Virus record (IMG/VR): IMGVR_UViG_3300020470_001313
Location: 86,608-150,607 of that record
From: a virus
Length of the DNA stretch: 64,000 bases
Strand: one strand, 5' to 3'
In this document: positions 55,334 through 64,000 of the stretch, piece after piece
Layout: the number at the start of each line of letters is the position of its first letter
Position numbering within the stretch: the first letter of the stretch is position 1
The notes under the pieces: generated by a model
Told to the model about the DNA's origin: nothing
What the model saw: only the letters and a program-made list of their open reading frames with translations
Database searches by the model: none
Position numbers and translations under genes: made by a program

Positions 55334-55534
55334 CTAAATGTGTTTGCGTAATGTAGGTAATAGTGAGAGAACTTCTGCCTTAACTGTCATTAATTCGTTA
55401 AAACATTTTTGGTTATGAGCACATGCACGAAGAACATGATCTGGTTTATGTAATGATTCAGCGAGGAGATCTAACGCTCTGTTATACTTTTGTTCGTAAG
55501 TTTCCTCGTCATGAATTGCATTTTGGTCTTTCAT
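55334..55534 (-). CDS. Conserved cyanophage hypothetical protein
   Basis: RALDLLAESLHKPDHVLRACAHNQKCFNELM. Confidence 0.7.
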   Translation of the reverse strand: MKDQNAIHDEETYEQKYNRALDLLAESLHKPDHVLRACAHNQKCFNELMTVKAEVLSLLPTLRKHI

Positions 55535-55717
55535 TTATGACTGAGTTGTATAATCAATATCCAAAGATGAATACGACATATCATCATAATCTAAACCATC
55601 ATCTTCATCTTCATCCCACAAATGTTCGGGCATTAATCCTGGAGATTGTGTAACTTCAATTCCAGGTATATTTTGTGTCGCTTTTTCGTTAGGATCAGGC
55701 ATAATTAGAGACTCCAA
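55535..55717 (-). CDS. Acidic hypothetical protein
   Basis: 60-aa ORF; true start probably at MPDPN. Confidence 0.55.
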   Translation of the reverse strand: MESLIMPDPNEKATQNIPGIEVTQSPGLMPEHLWDEDEDDGLDYDDMSYSSLDIDYTTQS

Positions 55718-55884
55718 TCTTGAGGGTTATAGTCTATTTTATTAGACTTTTTACGCTTCTGTTTGTTATCTTCGTCCCATGAATTGTATCGTTTAGATTT
55801 ACCTTTTTGTCTTTTTTCTCTAAGAGATTTGCTGCCATATGAATGAGTGGATTCATCTCCACCTCGTCTATATGTACGTCCCAT
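55705..55884 (-). CDS. Small basic protein (59 aa)
   Basis: Translated by hand MGRTYRRGGDESTHSYGSKSLREKRQKGKSKRY.... Confidence 0.65.
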   Translation of the reverse strand: MGRTYRRGGDESTHSYGSKSLREKRQKGKSKRYNSWDEDNKQKRKKSNKIDYNPQDWSL

Positions 55885-55918
55885 TAGTTAATGAAATTGC
55901 GATGGTACTAATATATAT

Positions 55919-56197
55919 CTACTCAGTCTTGCTGAACTTAACTAAGTTATCAAAAGTATTTGTAGTGGTATCATCCCCTACAAATTCATCGGTTTGTAAC
56001 AATAAATTGGGATCTAATTCATCTGCTTCTTGTTCCCAAGGAGAAACATTTGCAGTTAAATCATCAAAAACAAATCCCACACCACGTAGGAAATCAGAGA
56101 TCTGATCTACAACGTCTGTGAGAGTCTCGGCGTTGAACTTCTTGACATCACGTGTGCCAGTGTCGTCGTCTGTTGCAACAATCTTAAACCGTGTCAT
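55919..56197 (-). CDS. Hypothetical protein
   Basis: 92-aa ORF behind a consensus sigma70 promoter. Confidence 0.7.
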   Translation of the reverse strand: MTRFKIVATDDDTGTRDVKKFNAETLTDVVDQISDFLRGVGFVFDDLTANVSPWEQEADELDPNLLLQTDEFVGDDTTTNTFDNLVKFSKTE

Positions 56198-56219
56198 TTT
56201 TCAATTTGAAGACCCCACC

Positions 56220-56248
56220 AGTATAATCTATATATGGGGTCTTGTCAA
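56220..56248 (-). promoter_or_regulatory. Sigma70 promoter TTGACA-N17-TATACT overlapping a hairpin
   Basis: Minus strand ttgacaagaccccatatatagattatact; gacccca/tggggtc inverted repeat may also terminate upstream late transcripts. Confidence 0.75.
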
Positions 56249-56256
56249 CCCCCTAC

Positions 56257-56733
56257 CTATATGTGGTTGCGTGTTGCCATGCCACTACCATAATTTCCAC
56301 CACCAATTATAGTCCACTCTGCTGACGCATCCATGTTTATCGTGTAACCATTTGATATAGTTACAGGTCCAATTGAAATTGAGTTAGCATTCTCTGGTGC
56401 GTTACTTGCAGCACCTAGTGTTAAATTCTCGTCTATCGTTGCAGCATTGGTTCTAATAATACTCTTATCACCTAGACCAGCACCACCTCCACCAACTGAA
56501 GTCCAACCTGGATTTCCTTGCTGTGCGTCAGCAACGTATATTTGGGCACTATCTTCAGCACTATCAAATACTATAGTACCATAAGCAGGTGATGGCAGTG
56601 CAGTTGATATAGCAGCAGCATTAGCATACTTAGGAATTTCTAGGTAAGAACCATTACCACTCAGTTGCAAGATCTTAATGAGTGCTTGCGTTGTGGTATC
56701 AATATTATTACCATTAATCTTGGTATGTGCCAT
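56257..56733 (-). CDS. Putative virion/tail-associated protein
   Basis: 158 aa; C-terminal IIRTNAATIDENLTL...SIGPVTISNGYTI...WTI motif typical of marine phage fibre-associated proteins; late promoter-like AATAAATA at 56756-56763. Confidence 0.55.
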   Translation of the reverse strand: MAHTKINGNNIDTTTQALIKILQLSGNGSYLEIPKYANAAAISTALPSPAYGTIVFDSAEDSAQIYVADAQQGNPGWTSVGGGGAGLGDKSIIRTNAATIDENLTLGAASNAPENANSISIGPVTISNGYTINMDASAEWTIIGGGNYGSGMATRNHI

Positions 56734-56761
56734 ATACTACTCCTGTTCTTGTATATATTTA

Positions 56762-59700
56762 TTAGATAGGCAACTCACGAATCTCTACATGATCTGAAGT
56801 TGTAGGTGCATCACCAGCACCAAACACTACGTTAGTACCGTTAGTGTCAACAGTATAGTTAACATCAGGGTGTTGTAATACACCATTAATAGTAACTATA
56901 ACTGACTTAGAGTTATGAACAACACCAGAGTATGAAGTAATTGGATACGTTAATGTTGTACCATCTCCCTGTGTACGTCTAGTGATATACTTATCAGGTG
57001 CAACACCACCTCTACCATCTACTCTTAAGTCACCAGTTAATCTAACTGATCCTTCAATCTCTGCACGATATGTTGCTGAGGTTGTTCTACCAATACCTAT
57101 ATGTTGTGTATTACCATAGGTATCAATGTTAATGAATCCAGTATTAGTTAGACCAAACTTAACCCATGCTGAATTGTAATACATCCAACCTAAGTTAGCA
57201 CCAGGTTCCCAATCAATATTATATACAATATCACCATCACTAGGTGCATTGTAGTTCTGTACATTAGTTAAATCTGGTACTCCTTGTGCTATACCACCAG
57301 TAACCAATTCAGGTGCTAGTAGTGTAGTTTTAAGAACAGTACCATCATTATTATTGTATGTTAATTTCTTCGCTAATATATTATTTGAAGCAGTAATAGT
57401 ACCTTGGAATGTAGCAGGACCAGAGAAGATTGATTCTAAGTTGTTAGATGCACCACCAATAACTGTTAGTTTATCAGTTATAACAACTTCAGAGAATGTT
57501 TCAATCGTAGTATTCTCTTCACCTAATACATTTAACTGTGCAATATCTTCTGAAGTTATCTGACCTGTAACTGGGTTAATAACTTGGTTACCAATGAATA
57601 GGTCACCATTAGAGTTAAGTCCAGAGTAGAATGCAACTCCTGCCTCCTCTTTTAATGACTGTGATAGTCTAATTTGAGCATCACTTAGTGTCTCAACTTG
57701 TGTCTGAGGGAATGCAGTTGAATAGTTACCTGGTCCGAAACCTGTGTATTCAAATGTATGGTTACCTGATCTTAGAATTGAATGTCGTCTTAACTCTACG
57801 TTAATAGGATTAAGATCACCATCTGCATCTTCTAGGATAGGAATCTTTCTTGTTTCTTCATCACCTAAACGAGAAGTTAATGGTATATTTGATAATGTAC
57901 TGTTAATACTATCCCAACCTGGATTACTACCAGCAACCCAACCTGAGTCTGCTAATAGAAACTTAATTGCTTCCTTAGTTATACTTCGCTGATCATCTTT
58001 ATTAGGTGTAGGTGATGCACCATCAGTACCATATACTAGACCTATTGTTTCATTATCTGCAATAGATACTGTCTCAGTTGGGTCATCGTTAGGATTATCT
58101 CTGTCAAATGCAGGATATACTTCATTAACATTCTGAGAGAATGCAAAATCATTAAAGTTTGATGTAGTTGGTGTTATTGAACCACACAATAGTGTCAGAT
58201 AATATACACCATCAGCAATACCTCTTTCAAATGGAGTTATAGTTTCAACATCGTACACATAATAACATTTAGATAGGTTATAATTTGTCTGGTCAGTATT
58301 ATATGGTTGTAGAACAAATCCAGTAATAGGTGCTCTTGGAAGAGGTGGATTCTGATCTTTAGGTATTACATAACGCACACGATATGTTCTGTCTTTCAAG
58401 TTACGTGCGTCAGGTATTCTCTTAATGAATGTTGTTGGTGTAAAGTTTAGACTATTATATATTGTATTGTTTACTAGAGTAGAGTATATCTCATTGTTAG
58501 TAGCATCTACTGATAGATACCAACCACCAACTTGGTTAGGAACACCATTTATAGTATAGGTAGCACTATCATATTGTAGTGGTGAACCTACTCCACCAGC
58601 ACTTGTACCTGATACAGCAGGACCATATGGATTAATCTTTGCTGATTGTACACTTGCTTGTGTTGCACCTGACGGTATCAACAAACAATATAATTTATCT
58701 GGTACTGTTAAAGTTTGTCTAGCACCTATAACGTAACCCTGTACCTTATTTTGTGGTGGTGCAGTCTCACTTGTATAACCGTATATATAGAGTCTTGTTC
58801 CTAGAGTACCACCCTGTGCTGCTAGTGCTGCGTTAATTGTTTTAGTTCTAGCAATGTCTAAGTTAGTCCAGTTAACTGATACTTCTGGTACATCACTCAA
58901 TGACTTAGGTGGTATGATGTGCGTTAATGTACCTGCCTTATCCTTAGTAAATGCTGCACGTTTAAATCCTTTAGATCTTAATGCTGTGTTACCAAAGTTA
59001 CTGTTACTGTTGGTAATTGACATGTCAGCACCACTGTATCCACTGAAGTGGTCAGCATATCCAACAGCGAACACAGAAACCACCTGAATGAATGCGTCAT
59101 TACTTGCCTTGATGTGCCCATGTCGCCATCCTTTCTTATATTCTGCGAAACCATCTAGGTGAGCACCTGCTCCTCCTTCATCATAGTTTCCAGTTGATGC
59201 GTTATATTTAACAAATGCTCTGTCATCTTTCTGTAGTGATAGTCCAGTGAACTGAGCAACAACCATAGATTTAAATCCAGTTGCCTTACTACCATCTGCA
59301 TGCATACCTTGTAGACCCCATGTAGATCTCAAGGAACAGTTAAAGACATAAGGTGATGCTGAGTCAACAGTATCAATCTCAACCTTAACTACCATGTTAG
59401 AACCAATAGCATTACCAGTAGGTTCTTCTGCTAATTGGTATGTAAATACGTTACCACTCGCAGATGTAACAGCGAATGATCCATTATATAATAGTGCATC
59501 AAGTTCTGACTGTGGACCTGTGGATCCTGTAACACCTGATATGTTGACGTTAACTCCAACAGAGAATCCGTGGTTCTTAGGATTACCATCAGCATCAACA
59601 GTAACAGCACTAGCAGTGTTACCATTACGTGTGATCTGTAGAACTCTGAACTCGTCAGAAATCGGACCAACAATTCTGTTCTCTTCAACTCTTGCCTGTA

Positions 59701-60523
59701 TCTGGTCTTGAGCAGGATCACCTGAAGTATCAGGAATAGTTGCAAATGCTCGTGATACCTTCTGATAATATATGTCTAGGTCAGTTCTTTCTAGTAGGTC
59801 AGGAATAGTAGACTGTGTAATCTCTGTACTATTCTCAACAGTTCCAGTAGTATTAATTAGATAGTTTAAACTATTATTACCATCAGCGAAGTTGAATGAT
59901 GTTAATTTATGGTGTGAATATGATGGTGGAATTGTTTCTGCACTATCTGGTTTGAAATATACACCAGTAGCATCTCCATCAAATAAACTAAACTGCCAGA
60001 AATAACAACCACCAGTTACCCTGAAGATTGCAGATTCACCTGGTACTTGCTCTTCAGTGTTAATACCTTTAGATGGATATGTTGTAGGATATGGTATATA
60101 TTTTGGAATAATCTTAGTACGTCTAAGATCCATACCAACAATAGAACAACCTCTAGGTACTATACATCCACCTTCAACTGAGTTATACTTATATAATACG
60201 TTGTTGGGTGATGTTATATCAAAGTTAGAGTTAGCATCAAGTGGTGGAATGTTTGTATATAATACTTCGCCTGGTCTGTTATCAATAATATACTCTGACG
60301 GATAGAGCATGATACTAAAAGCATCAAACTCGTCATTACTTAGTCCAACACGATATGAGAAACGTGCCACCTCTAGGAAAGCACGTTGCAAACTCTTAAA
60401 TGGACGCAAACTAGAGTTACCTCTGTTGTCTATTGCATCAGAAGCATCAAAGTCATCAGGGTTGACGTAGATAATACGTCCAGTTCTGGACGTAATTATA
60501 TTCTTGAGTCTAGTTAGTGCCAT
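56762..60523 (-). CDS. Large virion structural protein (beta-helix/tailspike-like)
   Basis: 1253 aa; MALTRLKNII..IIYVNPDDFDASD..GNSSLRPFKSLQRAFLE, SMVVAQFTG, SITNSNSNFG, RSGNHTFEYTGFGPGNYSTAFP motifs of cyanophage structural proteins. Confidence 0.75.
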   Translation of the reverse strand: MALTRLKNIITSRTGRIIYVNPDDFDASDAIDNRGNSSLRPFKSLQRAFLEVARFSYRVGLSNDEFDAFSIMLYPSEYIIDNRPGEVLYTNIPPLDANSNFDITSPNNVLYKYNSVEGGCIVPRGCSIVGMDLRRTKIIPKYIPYPTTYPSKGINTEEQVPGESAIFRVTGGCYFWQFSLFDGDATGVYFKPDSAETIPPSYSHHKLTSFNFADGNNSLNYLINTTGTVENSTEITQSTIPDLLERTDLDIYYQKVSRAFATIPDTSGDPAQDQIQARVEENRIVGPISDEFRVLQITRNGNTASAVTVDADGNPKNHGFSVGVNVNISGVTGSTGPQSELDALLYNGSFAVTSASGNVFTYQLAEEPTGNAIGSNMVVKVEIDTVDSASPYVFNCSLRSTWGLQGMHADGSKATGFKSMVVAQFTGLSLQKDDRAFVKYNASTGNYDEGGAGAHLDGFAEYKKGWRHGHIKASNDAFIQVVSVFAVGYADHFSGYSGADMSITNSNSNFGNTALRSKGFKRAAFTKDKAGTLTHIIPPKSLSDVPEVSVNWTNLDIARTKTINAALAAQGGTLGTRLYIYGYTSETAPPQNKVQGYVIGARQTLTVPDKLYCLLIPSGATQASVQSAKINPYGPAVSGTSAGGVGSPLQYDSATYTINGVPNQVGGWYLSVDATNNEIYSTLVNNTIYNSLNFTPTTFIKRIPDARNLKDRTYRVRYVIPKDQNPPLPRAPITGFVLQPYNTDQTNYNLSKCYYVYDVETITPFERGIADGVYYLTLLCGSITPTTSNFNDFAFSQNVNEVYPAFDRDNPNDDPTETVSIADNETIGLVYGTDGASPTPNKDDQRSITKEAIKFLLADSGWVAGSNPGWDSINSTLSNIPLTSRLGDEETRKIPILEDADGDLNPINVELRRHSILRSGNHTFEYTGFGPGNYSTAFPQTQVETLSDAQIRLSQSLKEEAGVAFYSGLNSNGDLFIGNQVINPVTGQITSEDIAQLNVLGEENTTIETFSEVVITDKLTVIGGASNNLESIFSGPATFQGTITASNNILAKKLTYNNNDGTVLKTTLLAPELVTGGIAQGVPDLTNVQNYNAPSDGDIVYNIDWEPGANLGWMYYNSAWVKFGLTNTGFINIDTYGNTQHIGIGRTTSATYRAEIEGSVRLTGDLRVDGRGGVAPDKYITRRTQGDGTTLTYPITSYSGVVHNSKSVIVTINGVLQHPDVNYTVDTNGTNVVFGAGDAPTTSDHVEIRELPI

Positions 60524-60561
60524 TTATTTAGAATCTATATATGAGTTGTAATCTATAGGGA

Positions 60562-62031
60562 TTAGTCTCCACCTTCCCCGCCTTCAGTTTGATAAGCATC
60601 TGAACGCTGATACAATGTAGTAGAGTACTCTGCTACTGTATCTTGGAATGCATCCAGTGAGAATGTCACATAACCATTAGTTGCTTTCACTTTAATTGAT
60701 TGTCCAGGTCCAAGTATGATACCTTTATTCAATTCACTTGTATTAGCAGAAATAGAATCCGCTTGGATGTATAAGTCTGCATCAGAATCATTACTTACAC
60801 TACTAATAGTAGCAGTATTTTTAGTTGCGGATACCTGTCTAGGTGCTTCAATAAAAGTATCAGATCCTACCCACAATGCAGAACCAGGTCCGTTTACTAC
60901 TGTGGTCTTTGTACCACTATGACTGAGGATAGTGCTATAACTATCACCAGCAATAGCATTGATAGTATAAGTTGCGTTACGATATAAGAACTGGTTAGTA
61001 GTAACCCAATCAGAGACAACACCGATACCATCCTCTTCCTCCTGTGAATATACCCAGATCTCATTATATACGAACTGGTTTGTCATGGTAAAGAATTGAT
61101 CACCATCTGCATAGTTAGCATCTGCTTGATCATGTGGATACCAGTTACTTACAGGTTCAGAAGTAGACAAGTCATACTGAACATAAGCACCTGCTTGTCC
61201 TGGTGTTCCTGAAACAGTTTTACCAGCAGTCCACTCAGTACCACCGTTGTTTGTACCACCAGCAGTAGTAGAGAACTGTAGTACCTTACCAGTCATTGAG
61301 TTATCAGCAACATCAAACTTATAAGTTCTATCAGTTAATAATTGTGGTTGTTCTTGTAAGTAATACTGATACACAGCACCACCAGCACCATCGTTGAATA
61401 CTAATTTACCCGCAGCAGCAGCAATACCACCAGTTGATACAGTACCAACAGTTGTTGATGATCCACCAGTTAATACGTTACCTTCAGCAAAAGATCCACC
61501 TGATACATCACCTATCCAAACAACACCAGCATCATCTTCACCTGGAACATATTCATAAACAACACCACTAACACCTGCACCATTAGTAACTGTCTCACCG
61601 TTTGCATAATCAGGTTCAGCAGAACTGGAACCATCAGATACGTTCTCAAGAGTAAATGCTATAAGATCCTTATACTTTGTAAGGTATGTTGTAACAGCAG
61701 GGTCAACAACGTCTAACAGATATGCACACTTCTCGCCATCAGTACTTGTAAATTTAGTACCAGGAAGAGCATCCTCTAATGGTATTGAAGCAGATAATGT
61801 CCACTTAACATTAGTAATTACATCACCTCGGTGCAGTTTATATGTTGCTGCATTAAGTGTAAGTTCTTGATCATACGGTCTTAAAGATACTTCGTAAGTA
61901 TCTGTACCTGTACCATCACAACTAGCGACAAGAGTGCCAGTAGTGCTACTCTTCACATCGTTCTTAAATATAGTTGTTTCGGTATTGGCAGCGGGTTTTG
62001 AGTTCGCCAGCACTCCTGTATTAGTTGCCAT
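60562..62031 (-). CDS. Putative virion structural protein
   Basis: 489 aa, G/T/S-rich beta content; degenerate cupredoxin-like segment (TYKFDVADNSMTG..LQFS..GTPGQAGAYV). Confidence 0.6.
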   Translation of the reverse strand: MATNTGVLANSKPAANTETTIFKNDVKSSTTGTLVASCDGTGTDTYEVSLRPYDQELTLNAATYKLHRGDVITNVKWTLSASIPLEDALPGTKFTSTDGEKCAYLLDVVDPAVTTYLTKYKDLIAFTLENVSDGSSSAEPDYANGETVTNGAGVSGVVYEYVPGEDDAGVVWIGDVSGGSFAEGNVLTGGSSTTVGTVSTGGIAAAAGKLVFNDGAGGAVYQYYLQEQPQLLTDRTYKFDVADNSMTGKVLQFSTTAGGTNNGGTEWTAGKTVSGTPGQAGAYVQYDLSTSEPVSNWYPHDQADANYADGDQFFTMTNQFVYNEIWVYSQEEEDGIGVVSDWVTTNQFLYRNATYTINAIAGDSYSTILSHSGTKTTVVNGPGSALWVGSDTFIEAPRQVSATKNTATISSVSNDSDADLYIQADSISANTSELNKGIILGPGQSIKVKATNGYVTFSLDAFQDTVAEYSTTLYQRSDAYQTEGGEGGD

Positions 62032-62034
62032 TGC

Positions 62035-63351
62035 TTAAATTTGAGATAGATAAAGTTGTTGTTGACGGACTTTTGCTGTTAGTCTTTGAGCACCAATACC
62101 AGCACCAAAGTTAACATCATCTAGTGTTACGTTCTGAGTAGATAGTAGTGTAGCATCTGAGTCAGGGAACTTGATTGTTCTTTGCTCAGTGATATTTGTT
62201 AAATCTAAGAAAACCTTACGGTCTTCAGATTGATCATCTACAACTACTGGTCTATTTAGTTCCTTGTTAGATAACTTCTGAGTAGCATTAGTAGTAGCAA
62301 TTTCACTGGAACCAGTAGACTGGTTCATATTCTGGAATGGGAACTTAAACGAATAGTTTAAGTTTTCAAATTGATTACTAATATCAAAGTTGATACGTTT
62401 AGTAGGTGTAGTTATATCACCTAGAATCAATCCTGTAATCACCTTACTACTTAAAGTCTGAGTTGCCTCAGCATATACTACAGTACCAGACAAGTCAGGA
62501 TAAGTAGCAATACGATTAGATGTTAATGCAGAAGTATCATAGGTGACTGTTGGGTTATCAGTAGCAGTACTTGATGTAAACTTACAGTTAACAAAATTCT
62601 TTCCACTAGCAGTCTGATTTGATTGATCATCCAATAATTCAGAAGTAGTAACAGCAATACCTGGATCAGGTAATTGATATACTTTAGTACCTGTTACAGT
62701 ATTATCCCAGTCAAACGTAAACCTAGCATTCTTTTCAGTGTTACCAACACCATCACGGATAGTGAATCGTTGGTCTTCTACAAATATATCTTTATTAGTA
62801 ATAATCTGGTTGGTATCATCACCAATTAGAACTGTACCTCCACCAGAGGATATTTCAGGTAGTGTGAATACCCTAGTACCACCAGTGTTACCTATATTAC
62901 CAACTTCAAATCTCGCTTTACGAGTATTATCACTACTATCTTGGAGAACCAATAGGTTATCATTCAATAGTAATTGTCCAGTTACCTCTACACGACCTGC
63001 ACCTTTTGGTGAGATGATGATATTTGAGTTTGTAGCACCGTCATCAGCAACTGTCAATAGGTTCGTTGAAGAACCATCATTATTAGCAATCCTAGAAAGA
63101 TATAAACCACCCTCACCAAACGATATACCAATCTGATCATATGCGTTTTGGTAAATTCCTGAATTCCTATCCAAGTCAAAAGCCAGTCCTGGAGACGCTT
63201 TTGTACCTGCGGGAATTGTTTTGAAAAGTTGATTAACCTTTGCTTTCCTATTTGGAATTAGAGGATCAGATACGACAACAGGGAGAATTGCTTCTCCCGA
63301 CAGGTTAGCGTCATCTATTCCATCTAACTGTGATATCTTTTTGGTTGCCAC
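62035..63351 (-). CDS. Putative virion fibre protein with ~50-aa internal repeats
   Basis: GTG start, ATKKISQL N-terminus; repeats of TK...F..S......R....PD...T......Q....K. Confidence 0.65.
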   Translation of the reverse strand: MATKKISQLDGIDDANLSGEAILPVVVSDPLIPNRKAKVNQLFKTIPAGTKASPGLAFDLDRNSGIYQNAYDQIGISFGEGGLYLSRIANNDGSSTNLLTVADDGATNSNIIISPKGAGRVEVTGQLLLNDNLLVLQDSSDNTRKARFEVGNIGNTGGTRVFTLPEISSGGGTVLIGDDTNQIITNKDIFVEDQRFTIRDGVGNTEKNARFTFDWDNTVTGTKVYQLPDPGIAVTTSELLDDQSNQTASGKNFVNCKFTSSTATDNPTVTYDTSALTSNRIATYPDLSGTVVYAEATQTLSSKVITGLILGDITTPTKRINFDISNQFENLNYSFKFPFQNMNQSTGSSEIATTNATQKLSNKELNRPVVVDDQSEDRKVFLDLTNITEQRTIKFPDSDATLLSTQNVTLDDVNFGAGIGAQRLTAKVRQQQLYLSQI

Positions 63352-63375
63352 AGAAAATATGCTATGCTACAAGTT

Positions 63376-63383
63376 TATTTATA
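63376..63383 (-). promoter_or_regulatory. T4-type late promoter TATAAATA
   Basis: Exact match 25 nt upstream of the 63351 start. Confidence 0.75.
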
Positions 63384-63582
63384 CAGAATCTTTCTGAAGT
63401 TCTAGACTCTTTTCGGCCTTGAGGTATTCTACAGTAGTGGCGACATCATTCATTGCATCTCTTACTTCTGGCCTCTGACCTGATTCTTGATGGTAGTCCT
63501 TCCCAGTAGGTGCATAATGACGTGTATATAGAGACCATCGCCATTGTTTCATGTCTTCAGAATACCAAAGTTGGATTCTCAT
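63379..63582 (-). CDS. Conserved cyanophage hypothetical protein
   Basis: MRIQLWYSEDMKQWRWSL...QESGQRPEVRDAMNDVATTVEY. Confidence 0.7.
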   Translation of the reverse strand: MRIQLWYSEDMKQWRWSLYTRHYAPTGKDYHQESGQRPEVRDAMNDVATTVEYLKAEKSLELQKDSV

Positions 63583-63627
63583 ATTTGGGGAATCGTTTGT
63601 TGTATTTAGGTTAGAGTGTACTATATT

Positions 63628-63846
63628 TTACCAATCATCACCGTCTTCCATTAATTCTTTTACCCATTCTTGTCTACTACAAAACCCATGAGCATCCTTC
63701 TCACCATCCATATGATATGAAGTATGCATGACTTCTATCATAAGAAATAAACCGATCAACATCATCGGTAGCATCCATAGTGGATGTCCAAAGACTTCAC
63801 AAAACTCTTCGTAATACTTACGAAAGGGAGTCTTCTCAGGTGACAT
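63628..63846 (-). CDS. Small membrane protein
   Basis: 72 aa with one hydrophobic segment (PLWMLPMMLIGLFLMIEV). Confidence 0.65.
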   Translation of the reverse strand: MSPEKTPFRKYYEEFCEVFGHPLWMLPMMLIGLFLMIEVMHTSYHMDGEKDAHGFCSRQEWVKELMEDGDDW

Positions 63847-63976
63847 CTTTCTTTTGCTTTTCTATGAAGGCACGTAGTTCTGGTCCTTCTTCCCACTCCC
63901 AAGTCTCTTCACGACCTTTCTTATCAGTCTTTGTGAAGGATTTTTTTTCTATGCGATCTGGATTGAGTTTCATCAT
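63836..63976 (-). CDS. Hypothetical protein (46 aa)
   Basis: Translated by hand MMKLNPDRIEKKSFTKTDKKGREETWEWEEGPELRAFIEKQKKDVT. Confidence 0.55.
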   Translation of the reverse strand: MMKLNPDRIEKKSFTKTDKKGREETWEWEEGPELRAFIEKQKKDVT

Positions 63977-64000
63977 TTTAGATAGGGATGAATGACAAAG

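Noticed and set aside
1-64000. Photosynthesis or bilin auxiliary genes (psbA, hli, cpeT, pebS, ho1) and tRNA/rRNA genes
   Set aside because: None recognisable in this window; any link to the phycobiliprotein-like domains must be tested on the rest of the genome.

Overview
AT-rich segment of a T4-like marine cyanomyovirus (Kyanoviridae-type; a Prochlorococcus host is plausible but not shown). Nearly all genes lie on the minus strand. In transcription order (right to left): late virion structural genes (64.0-56.2 kb); an early/accessory region of small ORFs driven by repeated sigma70-like promoters with an upstream palindrome (56.2-44.0 kb), containing a DNA methyltransferase, SF2 helicase, putative nuclease, HicA-like protein, 2OG-Fe(II) oxygenases and one plus-strand GIY-YIG endonuclease among cyanobacterial-type DnaA boxes; then the late baseplate cluster (PAAR, SET-domain protein, gp25, gp6, a 9,242-aa gp7-like protein, YHYH protein, gp9-like, gp8, truncated VrlC/DUF4815-like gene). 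The strongest novel signals are inside the giant gp7-like protein. (1) Twenty-six copies of a ~105-aa beta module are recursively inserted into one another as two fully bracketed trees, up to 8 levels deep by manual parse. (2) Four helical domains resemble phycobiliprotein subunits and keep the Cys84-like C-x-x-D motif; three also keep a Cys155-like residue. Neighbouring virion genes carry amicyanin-type copper-ligand loops. All calls come from reading motifs by eye; no database searches were run.
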